Of a stretch of 64,000 nt of DNA, positions 46,855 to 55,088 are shown piece by piece; within the stretch, counting starts at the first letter, position 1, and the number at the start of each line of letters is the position of its first letter. The stretch is taken from positions 87,405 through 151,404 of the forward strand of contig JBAZZY010000001.1 of the NCBI GenBank assembly GCA_041658565.1, in the 5' to 3' direction. Position numbers and translations under genes: made by a program. Origin of the DNA: Actinomycetota bacterium (GTDB lineage Bacteria; Actinomycetota; AC-67). The notes beneath the pieces were generated by a model. It made no database searches and was not told the DNA's origin. It saw only the letters and a program-made list of their open reading frames with translations.

Positions 46855-48524
46855 GCGAGCCTGTCGGCTACGTGCTCGGGCGAGAGGATGCCACTCCCCT
46901 GTCGTTCTGGGTCGCCGTTTCTCCGGGCTCCTATCTGCAGCTCGACGACCCGGTGATCGTGGACACCGAAGTCCCCGGGCGCGGTCCGCTGCGGATATCG
47001 GGCATCGTCCAGGAAGTGCGCGCGCGCCACGAGGGCGTCGCGTTTGATTCGGACGTCTTCGCAATCAACGAGGGCGTGCTTCCGGCCGAAATCGCGGTCG
47101 CCGCCAACGTGATCGCGACCCGGTTCGAGCCGGAGGTCTTCATCCCTCCGATGCCGGGATTGCAGGCATCGCGCGCGCGCGGAAAGGACCGCGACGAGGT
47201 GCTCTCGTTCGACAAGATGGAGCGCCGACTGCCGGCGGGTCTGTCGCGGGACGGTGAGCCTGTGTACATGGACCTCGACTTCCTCGACGGAACCCGCGGC
47301 GCTCACGTGAACATCTCAGGGATCTCCGGGATCGCAACCAAGACGACGTACGCACTGTTCTTGTTGTACGGGCTCTTTCATTCCAACGTGCTCGGGGGTC
47401 ACGCGGCGAACACGAAGGCGATCGTGTTCAACGTCAAGGGCGAAGATCTGCTCTGGCTCGACCGCCCGAATGCCCGACTTCCGCAAGAAGCCCATGCCGA
47501 ATACGAGCGCCTCGGCTTGCCGGTCGGGCCGTTCGAGAGCGTGGGGTTGTGGGCTCCGCCGCGCGTGGGTGCCGGCGACGAGATCATGCCTCACGTCGAG
47601 GGCCGCGCTGACGGGATCCGAGCGTATTTCTGGACGGTGCGGGAGTTCGTCCGTGAGCGTTTCCTGCGCTTCATGTTTGCCGAGGCCGAGGACGATCGAT
47701 CGCAGATCGCCGACCTAGTGGCGCGCGTCGAGCACCACCTGGATCTCGAGTGCGAAGACGACCCCGCCAACTCCGCGATCTTGCGCTTCTCGGGAGAGCC
47801 GATCGACACCTTCGATCGTCTGTGTGCCTTGATCCAGGACACCCTTGACGATGAGAGTTCGCACTGGCGCGGACGTATCGCCGACGGAACGATCGCAGCG
47901 TTTCAGAGGCGTCTCGACGCCGGTCGGCGTCGTATCGGGCATCTCATCCGCGGTCGCGAGGCGGCCGATGCGGCTGGGCACACGATCGACTGGGATTCCA
48001 GTCAAGTCACCGTCGTCGACATCCACAACCTCCACGACCGGGCGAAACGCTTTGTCACCGGCGTCGTCGTGCGCCGGTTGTTCGAACACAAGGAGCGGAT
48101 GGGCACGCGCCTGCCGCTGACCTTCCTCGTTCTGGACGAGTTGAATCGTTACGCCCCGCGCGACGGATGGAGCCCAATCAAGGAGGTCCTGCTCGACGTC
48201 GCGGAGCGAGGCCGTTCGCTTGGAATCGTTCTCGTAGGCGCGCAGCAGACCGCAAGCGAAGTCGAGCGCCGGGTCGTCTCCAACTCGGCGTTTCGCGTCG
48301 TCGGGCGACTGGACACGGCTGAGGCTCAGCGCGGCGAATACGGGTTTCTGCCCGCCGTCACGCGCGCGCGCGCCGGGATCCTCAAGCCCGGTTCTATGAT
48401 CTTGCAGCAGCCACAGATCCCCATTCCCATTCAACTGCGCTTTCCCTTCCCCAGCTGGGCAACGCGCGCCGACGAAGCGATGGCGCCCGACGGGGACCCC
48501 TTCGCGCGCTTCGACGAGGACTAG
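46836..48524 (+). CDS. HerA-like FtsK/HerA-superfamily ATPase (N-terminal HAS-barrel, central ATPase core) with non-canonical P-loop
   Basis: N-terminal barrel-like region (VAVSPGSYLQLDDPVIVDT...LRISGIVQEV). P-loop-like VNISGISGIATKTT. Walker B hhhhDE (LTFLVLDELNRY). Arg-finger-rich C-terminus. 562 aa. Confidence 0.6.
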   Translation: MDEHQLSEPVGYVLGREDATPLSFWVAVSPGSYLQLDDPVIVDTEVPGRGPLRISGIVQEVRARHEGVAFDSDVFAINEGVLPAEIAVAANVIATRFEPEVFIPPMPGLQASRARGKDRDEVLSFDKMERRLPAGLSRDGEPVYMDLDFLDGTRGAHVNISGISGIATKTTYALFLLYGLFHSNVLGGHAANTKAIVFNVKGEDLLWLDRPNARLPQEAHAEYERLGLPVGPFESVGLWAPPRVGAGDEIMPHVEGRADGIRAYFWTVREFVRERFLRFMFAEAEDDRSQIADLVARVEHHLDLECEDDPANSAILRFSGEPIDTFDRLCALIQDTLDDESSHWRGRIADGTIAAFQRRLDAGRRRIGHLIRGREAADAAGHTIDWDSSQVTVVDIHNLHDRAKRFVTGVVVRRLFEHKERMGTRLPLTFLVLDELNRYAPRDGWSPIKEVLLDVAERGRSLGIVLVGAQQTASEVERRVVSNSAFRVVGRLDTAEAQRGEYGFLPAVTRARAGILKPGSMILQQPQIPIPIQLRFPFPSWATRADEAMAPDGDPFARFDED

Positions 48525-48526
48525 CG

Positions 48527-49687
48527 GTGCGATTCCTGCACACCGCCGACTGGCACGTCGGCAAAGCGATTCGCGGGCGCTCACGGCTGGAGGAGTTCGC
48601 CGACGCCCTCGCCGAAATCGCCGGAATCGCGCGCGACGAGCGGGTCGATGCCGTATTGCTGGCCGGAGATATCTACGACCAGCGTCTTCCGGTCCCCGGC
48701 GCTGATCATCTCGTTTTTGAGTTCTTCGTCCGCATGCACGAGGCGGGCGTTCCGGTTGTCGCGATCCCGGGCAACCACGACTCCGCCGACCGCTTGGGTG
48801 CGCTCGCGCAACTGCTGCACCCGATGGGCATCACCGTCGTGCACAAGCCACTCAGGCCGGATGCGGGCGGGATCGTGCGCATTCAGGGGCGGGACGGAAC
48901 CGAAGCCGAGATCGCGTGCGTGCCCTTCGTTCCCGAGCGCCGCTACGCGGAACCCGCGGCCTTGTTTGGCTCGGCCGGCGAGTGGCACCAATCGTACGCG
49001 GACGGGATGGGGCACTTGCTCGGCGCTTACGCGGCGGCGATGAGTCCGGATCGGGTGCGCATCGTGCTGGCACACGTGTTTGCGGCGGGCACCCGCATGG
49101 GCGGCGGCGAGCGCGAAGTGACCATAGGACTCAACTACGCGATCGCGCCGGCCCGTCTGCCCGGCACGGTGAACTACCTTGCGCTCGGTCACGTTCACCG
49201 CGCACAGGATGTGCCGGGGGCGCCTGCGCACGCGCGCTATCCGGGCTCGATCCTTCAACTCGACTTCGGCGATGTAGGACAGGCCAAGTCCGTCACCATC
49301 GTGGACGCGAAGCCGGGAACTCCGGCCCAGGTGCGCGAGGTCGAGCTGTCGGCCGGACGCCGTCTGATCGACATTCGTGGCACGTTTGACGAGGTCGCGG
49401 CGCGCGCGCCGGAGGTAGCCGGCGCCTACGTGCGCGCGTTCGTGGCGACCGACGGCCCGGTTCCCGGGATGGCCGAACGTGTTCGAGAGGTGATTCCCGG
49501 GGCCGTCGATGTGCGCCTGGCGTACGAGCGCGTCGAGGGCGAGGCCGCACACGCCGGCCTGTCGACGCTCAATCCTCACGAGCAGTTCAACGCCTACTAC
49601 CGCCAAGCGCACGGAAGCGATCCGCATCCTGCGGTCGCCGAGGCTTTCGACGAGATCCTGGCCGAGATGGCGGGTGAGTCGCTGTGA
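48527..49687 (+). CDS. sbcD: DNA repair exonuclease SbcD / Mre11 family
   Basis: Calcineurin-like phosphoesterase motifs: LHTADWHVG, LLAGDIYD, GNHD, LGHVH. GTG start 3 nt after the HerA-like stop. Confidence 0.9.
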   Translation: MRFLHTADWHVGKAIRGRSRLEEFADALAEIAGIARDERVDAVLLAGDIYDQRLPVPGADHLVFEFFVRMHEAGVPVVAIPGNHDSADRLGALAQLLHPMGITVVHKPLRPDAGGIVRIQGRDGTEAEIACVPFVPERRYAEPAALFGSAGEWHQSYADGMGHLLGAYAAAMSPDRVRIVLAHVFAAGTRMGGGEREVTIGLNYAIAPARLPGTVNYLALGHVHRAQDVPGAPAHARYPGSILQLDFGDVGQAKSVTIVDAKPGTPAQVREVELSAGRRLIDIRGTFDEVAARAPEVAGAYVRAFVATDGPVPGMAERVREVIPGAVDVRLAYERVEGEAAHAGLSTLNPHEQFNAYYRQAHGSDPHPAVAEAFDEILAEMAGESL

Positions 49688-52245
49688 GACCAGTGCTCCT
49701 GGATCTCGCCGGGTTCACCTCGTTCCGCGAACGGCAAGAACTCAACTTCGAGGGTCTCGACCTCTTCGCCATCTCGGGCCCAACCGGATCGGGCAAGTCC
49801 TCGATCCTGGATGCGATCACCTACGCCTTGTACGGACGAGTCGAGCGCGTCGGCCGCGAGGTCGGACAACTGGTGAGCCAGGGTCGCGCGAAGATGTCGG
49901 TCGGCTTCGTCTTCAGCGTCGGGGACGATCGCTATCGCATCACGCGGGCAACGCCGGCTTCCGGAGGGAGCACCAAGGTGCTCCTGGAACAACTGCGCGA
50001 CGGCGAGTGGGTCCAGGCCGGAGACGGCGCCGATCGCGTCGGCCTGGTAAACGCGCGCATCCAGGATCTCGTCGGGCTCGACTACGACGGCTTCACCCGC
50101 TCGGTCTTGCTCCCGCAAGGCAAGTTCGCCGAGTTCTTGGTCGGTGAAGCATCCAAGCGCCGCGAGATCCTCACAGAGTTGCTCGGACTGCGGCTGTTCC
50201 GGGACATGGCACAGCGCGCCGGCACGATTGCGCGTGACGCCGACCAGCAGGCGACCGCACATTCGTCGCTGATCGAGCGCGAGTACGAGGGCGTCGATGA
50301 CGAGGCCTTGACTGCGGCATGCGAGCGTGCCGACGCAGCGCGTGCGCGCGAGGAGTCGATCGAGAAGGCGTCCGAGCGGGTTGCCGACATTGCGGATCGA
50401 TGGGAGCACGAGCGCCGCGCGCACGAGAAGGTGCGTGTTTGCGTGGGCGAGCTGGATCGTGTGGCCGAACAGTTGGACACCTCGGCAGTGGTGATCTCGA
50501 GAGCCTCAAGTCGTTTGGACGAGGCAGCGCCCGTGCTCGGCAGACTGGCGCGCGCCCACCAGGCCGCGGGCGAGGCCGCCGAAGCCGCGTCGGCCGCTCG
50601 CGCGCGCGCGGAAGAGGAGTCGGGCGGAATGCGCGCGCTGGCCGCCGCGCGCGGTGCGGCTGAGACGCTATCGGCATCGCGCGCGCGAATGCAGGGGGCG
50701 CAACGAGCGCGCGCCACAGCCGTCGATCGCATTCCCGCACTTGATCGCGCCGTGGCAGCAGCCGCACAGGAAGTCGCTCGCGCAACAGACGCGCGCGCGG
50801 TTGCGGAAACCGCGATCGAAGAGGCGCACGCGGTCTTGGATGCGGCGCGACGAGCCGATCTTGCTGCGGCCCTGTGCGACGGCCTGCATCCGGGCGACGC
50901 GTGTCCGGTCTGCGGCGGAACGCTCGAGCACCTCCCCTCCCCCGAGGCGGCACTTACGCTTGCAGGCGCGCAGGCTGCCGACAAGAGTGCCGCTGCCAAG
51001 CTGAAGTCGGCCGAGGGCGGGGTCGTCGCCGCCGAGCGCGCGCTGCGCGACGCCGAGCGCAATCGCGCCGATCTAGACGCCGAGATCGCTCAAATCGACC
51101 GGGAGATGATGTCCCTGGCGGACGTCAATGCCACGGCATCCAGCGCGCTCGCGCCGATCCTCGGTGAGCCCCTGCCCGAAGATCCCGTCGGTGCGGTTGA
51201 AGAACGCATCGAAATCCTGGACGCGGCTTCAGCCTTGGAAACCCAGGCCAAAGAGACGCTGGCAACCGCCGCCGGGCGGCTGACGGACGCGGATCGGCGC
51301 CACGCAGCCATTGAGGCCGAGGTCCTCGCGGAGCGCGCGGCCATGCTCGCGCGCGATCCCGGGGCGGTACTGGCGCGCGCGGGCGAACTCGGCGCCGCGG
51401 TCGCAGACCCGGAACCCGCGCCCATGGGCGCTGCGGATCTTGCAATCTGGGCACGCGACGTGGTCGCCCGAGCGCGCATTGTTCGCGAAGGGCTGGGCGA
51501 TGTCGCCGCGCAGGCAGAACGAAGTCGCGCCGCTTTGTGCGCTGAAGCTGAGGCCGCCGCGGCGGGTCTGGTGCAGGCGACCGGTTCGGTTGAAGGCATA
51601 GCGCGCGCGCTCGCCGCCGAAGTTCGCAAGGCGGCCGGCGACGCTGCGACGGCACAAGCCCATGCCGACTCGGTGCGGCGGCGGTTGGCGACCCGCAACG
51701 AGATGGCGCAGGATGTCGAACGCCTCGGCGCGCGCGCGCAGGCGTTCCAAGCGCTCGCGACCGAATTGCGCGCCGACCGCTTGATCGCCTTCCTGCAAAA
51801 CGAAGCGCTGCAAGTGCTGTGCGGCGCCGGGACGGCGCACTTGGCCGCCCTCTCGGATGGACGCTATCGCCTGGTAAGCGAAGACGACGAGTTCCACGTC
51901 GTGGACGTGTGGAACGGAGAGGACCGCCGCAGCGTGAAGACGCTTTCGGGTGGCGAGACGTTCCTCGCGTCACTGGCTCTCGCGCTGGCATTAAGCGAAC
52001 ATGTGCAAGCACTGAGCATGTTGCAAACCGCACGCCTGGACAGCCTGTTCCTTGACGAAGGCTTCGGGACGCTCGACTCCGAATCCCTCGAGCAAGTGGT
52101 CCAAGCCATTGAGCAGATCGGCGGGACCGGCCGCACCGTAGGCGTTATCACGCACATCAGCGACCTAGCCGAGCGGCTCCCCAGTCGCATCATCATCGAG
52201 AAGTCGCCTCAGGGAAGTCGCGTGATTACCCAGCAGGACCAGTGA
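49684..52245 (+). CDS. sbcC: DNA repair ATPase SbcC / Rad50 family (coiled-coil with zinc hook)
   Basis: Walker A GPTGSGKSS; long Ala/Arg-rich coiled coil; central CPVCGG zinc hook; signature LSGGETFLASLALALAL; Walker B/D-loop LFLDEGFGTLD. GTG overlaps the sbcD stop (GTGA). Confidence 0.9.
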   Translation: MRPVLLDLAGFTSFRERQELNFEGLDLFAISGPTGSGKSSILDAITYALYGRVERVGREVGQLVSQGRAKMSVGFVFSVGDDRYRITRATPASGGSTKVLLEQLRDGEWVQAGDGADRVGLVNARIQDLVGLDYDGFTRSVLLPQGKFAEFLVGEASKRREILTELLGLRLFRDMAQRAGTIARDADQQATAHSSLIEREYEGVDDEALTAACERADAARAREESIEKASERVADIADRWEHERRAHEKVRVCVGELDRVAEQLDTSAVVISRASSRLDEAAPVLGRLARAHQAAGEAAEAASAARARAEEESGGMRALAAARGAAETLSASRARMQGAQRARATAVDRIPALDRAVAAAAQEVARATDARAVAETAIEEAHAVLDAARRADLAAALCDGLHPGDACPVCGGTLEHLPSPEAALTLAGAQAADKSAAAKLKSAEGGVVAAERALRDAERNRADLDAEIAQIDREMMSLADVNATASSALAPILGEPLPEDPVGAVEERIEILDAASALETQAKETLATAAGRLTDADRRHAAIEAEVLAERAAMLARDPGAVLARAGELGAAVADPEPAPMGAADLAIWARDVVARARIVREGLGDVAAQAERSRAALCAEAEAAAAGLVQATGSVEGIARALAAEVRKAAGDAATAQAHADSVRRRLATRNEMAQDVERLGARAQAFQALATELRADRLIAFLQNEALQVLCGAGTAHLAALSDGRYRLVSEDDEFHVVDVWNGEDRRSVKTLSGGETFLASLALALALSEHVQALSMLQTARLDSLFLDEGFGTLDSESLEQVVQAIEQIGGTGRTVGVITHISDLAERLPSRIIIEKSPQGSRVITQQDQ

Positions 52246-52257
52246 CGCGTCCCGGGC

Positions 52258-53397
52258 TTAGCGCGCCAGCGCGCGCCCGATGACCAGCCGCTGGATCTGG
52301 TTCGTCCCCTCGACGATCTGGAGCACCTTCGCTTCGCGCATGAAGCGCTCGGCCGGGAATTCCTCCACGTAACCGTACCCGCCGTGCACCTGCACGGCGT
52401 CCGTCGTAATTCGCATTGCGGTATCGCTCGCGAAGAGCTTCGCCATCGCCGCCTGCTTCGCGAAAGACATGCCCGCGTCGCGACGTCGTGCAGCTTCGAA
52501 CGTCAAGCTGCGTGAGGCTTCCAGTGCCGTCGCCATGTCCGCGAGCATGAACGAGATCCCCTCGAACTCGATCACAGGGCGTCCGAACTGTCGCCGTTCC
52601 TTAGCAAAGGCCACGGCAGCCGCCAGCGCCGCGCGCGACAATCCGTTCGATGCGGCCGCGATGCCGAGTCGCCCGCCGTCGAGCGCCGCCATCGCAATGC
52701 GAAAGCCCTCGTTCTCCACACCGATGAGGTTCGCGACCGGAACCCGGGCATCATCGAACAGCATCTGTCCGGTCGGCGACGAGCGCAGTCCCATCTTGCG
52801 TTCGAGCTTTGCCCGGGAGACTCCCGGAGTGTCGGCGGGAACGAACAGCGCCGAGATTCCGCCGGGGCCGGCGTCGCCCGTGCGCACGAAGACAACGTAG
52901 TAATCGCTCTCCCCGCCGTGAGTGACCCAAGCCTTCGTTCCGGATACGACGTAGGTATCGCCGTCGCGGCGCGCGCGCGTCGTGAGTGCCGCTGCGTCGG
53001 AGCCGCTCTCCGGCTCGGATAGGCAATAAGAACCGAGCCACTCCCCGGCGCACGCCGGCGGCATCCACGCGGCGCGCTGCTCATCGGTGCCGAAGACCGC
53101 CGTGGGGAAGATCGTCAGCGTCTGGACGCTTGCGCCAACACCGACGGACAGCAGCGCCGAGGAGAGTTCCTCGATCACCATCAAGTTCACTTCGTACGGC
53201 TGCGCGCCGCCGCCGTACTCCTCCGGGTAGGGAAGCCCCAGAAGCCCGGCCGCACCGAGCGCCTTGAAGGCGGCGCGTGGAAACGTCGCAGTCCTTTCCC
53301 ACTCGCCGGCGTGCGGGGCGATCTCGCGCGCGCAAATCCGGCGTACTACGTCCAGCAGCGCGCGCCGCTCCTCGGTCAATCCCACTGGTTCGCTCAC
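52258..53397 (-). CDS. Acyl-CoA dehydrogenase
   Basis: ACAD N-terminal, middle and C-terminal domain signatures (...YCLSEPESGSDAAAL..., ...QVHGGYGYVEEFPAERFMREAKVLQIVEGTNQIQR). GTG 53397 preceded by AGGAGG. The upstream six-frame extension is low-complexity non-coding. Confidence 0.88.
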   Translation of the reverse strand: MSEPVGLTEERRALLDVVRRICAREIAPHAGEWERTATFPRAAFKALGAAGLLGLPYPEEYGGGAQPYEVNLMVIEELSSALLSVGVGASVQTLTIFPTAVFGTDEQRAAWMPPACAGEWLGSYCLSEPESGSDAAALTTRARRDGDTYVVSGTKAWVTHGGESDYYVVFVRTGDAGPGGISALFVPADTPGVSRAKLERKMGLRSSPTGQMLFDDARVPVANLIGVENEGFRIAMAALDGGRLGIAAASNGLSRAALAAAVAFAKERRQFGRPVIEFEGISFMLADMATALEASRSLTFEAARRRDAGMSFAKQAAMAKLFASDTAMRITTDAVQVHGGYGYVEEFPAERFMREAKVLQIVEGTNQIQRLVIGRALAR

Positions 53398-53554
53398 TAA
53401 GCCTCCTCGTTCCTCCGGCGGCCGGCCGCCGGGCGTCGCGCCGATCGATGCGCGATGATGTGGAGCATATCGGGCAGAGGCCGCGAACCGTCGGCCTCTG
53501 CGGGCATGAGAGAAGGAACTGTGCACCCCGAAGGCGAATGGCATCGTTGAACTG

Positions 53555-54082
53555 ATGATGAGATACCGCCTCGCTCGCACGGCCGCCCTTGCGGGGGCTG
53601 CGGTTTTGGCGTGCGTCCTGATCGGGGCGTTCCCATCGATTGCGCGCGCGGACTGCACCTTTGACGGCACTCCGCTGGGTGGCCGGCTTTGCCCCTCCCC
53701 AAGCCCGTCGCCCAGCCCTTCTCCGACGCCCACGCATTCGGCGACACCGACTCCCTCACCGTCGCCGACGCGCGCACCGTCTCCGGATCCGGCGCCGCAG
53801 CCGACGTTGACCCCGTTTGCCTTCCCGACCGGCTTCCCCTCGTCTTGGCCGGGATTCCCCGGCGCGTCCGCTGCGCAGCCATACCAGCCGCCTCCGGCGT
53901 ATCCATCGCCGTACGTCCCGGGCCGCACGACATCGCAGGGGACCACGCGCGGGTTGGCGATCAGCCCGGGAGAGGAATCTCCGGCCTTTCCGACGAGATC
54001 GACGGTACTGCTCATCGTCGCGGCTTTAGGCGCTCTGTGGCTGCACCGCGGGCGAGTCCGGCGCTGGATGGTGGGTATCTAG
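53555..54082 (+). CDS. Secreted Pro/Ser/Thr-rich protein with C-terminal TM anchor, hypothetical
   Basis: Signal peptide (…AFPSIARA-DC), (SP)n/(TP)n tracts, and a C-terminal hydrophobic helix plus RGRVRR tail. Confidence 0.55.
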   Translation: MMRYRLARTAALAGAAVLACVLIGAFPSIARADCTFDGTPLGGRLCPSPSPSPSPSPTPTHSATPTPSPSPTRAPSPDPAPQPTLTPFAFPTGFPSSWPGFPGASAAQPYQPPPAYPSPYVPGRTTSQGTTRGLAISPGEESPAFPTRSTVLLIVAALGALWLHRGRVRRWMVGI

Positions 54083-54094
54083 CCGCGAGCGGCC

Positions 54095-55066
54095 CTAGAT
54101 CTTCAGACGCAGGGCCGCCGGAACAAGATCCACCGTTACGGGCGTGGTTCCAAGCGGCTCGCCGTCGGCCTCCACCGTCATCGGCCGGGGGGCATCCATA
54201 GACAGGCTGTTCGCTAGGTACTCCAAGACGTTCGGACTCGGGATGTGCGTGCCCGACGGCATGCGCTGAAGCATCCGGATTCCGTCCCACTTGGTTCCTG
54301 ATGCGATCAGAACGTCCAGCATTCCGTCGCTGGGAATCGCGCGCGGCACCACCCGAAGGTTGCCGCCGAAGAACTGTCCGTTCGCGATGACGACGAGGGA
54401 TACCGGTGATTCGTGCACGACGTCGGCGAGCGGCTCCGTCGCCGCGCGCGACGTCGCCGCGCGCGCGTTCATGCGGATCGACGCCCTTTGCGGGCGGAAG
54501 CGAGTGATCGCTTTCACTGCCGCCAGCCGGTAAGTCAGACCTCCCAGCCACTTGGGCATCTGCACCGCCTCGACGACGACGTCGCCCCCGATGCCCACCT
54601 CGGCGATGTTGGCGAACCACCGCTGTCCCGCGGTGCCGTCGAAGGCGGTGTACGCGATGCGCGCGACGTCGATCCGACCCCACAACGTGTCGCCGGCAAG
54701 GTGTTGCGCGGCAATCGCCGGATCTTGCGCCATGCCGTACGTCCGGCCGAAGTCCGATCCACTTCCCGAGGGCACGACGCCCAGTACCGCTTCGGGGTCG
54801 AGGGGTCCGTTCTCCCCCATCATTCCGTTCACGACCTCGTGAACGGTCCCGTCTCCGCCCACGGCAACGACGTAGCGAATGCCGCTTTCGATTCCGGCGC
54901 GCGCGAGTTCGGTTGCGTGTCCGGGACGCTCGGTCGGCGCAACCTCGTATTCGAGCCCCGCCGCTTCGAGCACCTCGCGGACCTTGGGCCACGCGTGGCG
55001 CATTGCGCCGCGGCCGGCGCGCGTGTTGACGACGACGAGCATTCGTCCAAACGGAGACGTGGTCAT
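54095..55066 (-). CDS. Diacylglycerol kinase catalytic-domain lipid kinase (YegS/BmrU family)
   Basis: MLVVVNTRAG...VVAVGGDGTVHEVVNG...GSGSDF. The upstream Met (55117) is also possible. Confidence 0.85.
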   Translation of the reverse strand: MTTSPFGRMLVVVNTRAGRGAMRHAWPKVREVLEAAGLEYEVAPTERPGHATELARAGIESGIRYVVAVGGDGTVHEVVNGMMGENGPLDPEAVLGVVPSGSGSDFGRTYGMAQDPAIAAQHLAGDTLWGRIDVARIAYTAFDGTAGQRWFANIAEVGIGGDVVVEAVQMPKWLGGLTYRLAAVKAITRFRPQRASIRMNARAATSRAATEPLADVVHESPVSLVVIANGQFFGGNLRVVPRAIPSDGMLDVLIASGTKWDGIRMLQRMPSGTHIPSPNVLEYLANSLSMDAPRPMTVEADGEPLGTTPVTVDLVPAALRLKI

Positions 55067-55088
55067 ATGCCCGATATTACCCGACCGA

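Noticed and set aside
50082-51897. Several minus-strand and plus-alternate-frame ORFs within sbcC
   Set aside because: Ala/Arg-rich artefacts of the GC-rich coiled-coil-encoding region of sbcC.
53398-54015. N-terminal 206-aa extension of the acyl-CoA dehydrogenase ORF
   Set aside because: Gly/Asp/Ala low-complexity with no homology. A GTG with strong AGGAGG SD at 53397 gives a normal-length ACAD, and the plus-strand secreted-protein gene occupies this region.
54012-54992. 326-aa Arg-rich minus-strand ORF
   Set aside because: Alternate frame of the DAG-kinase-family gene; composition is junk-like.
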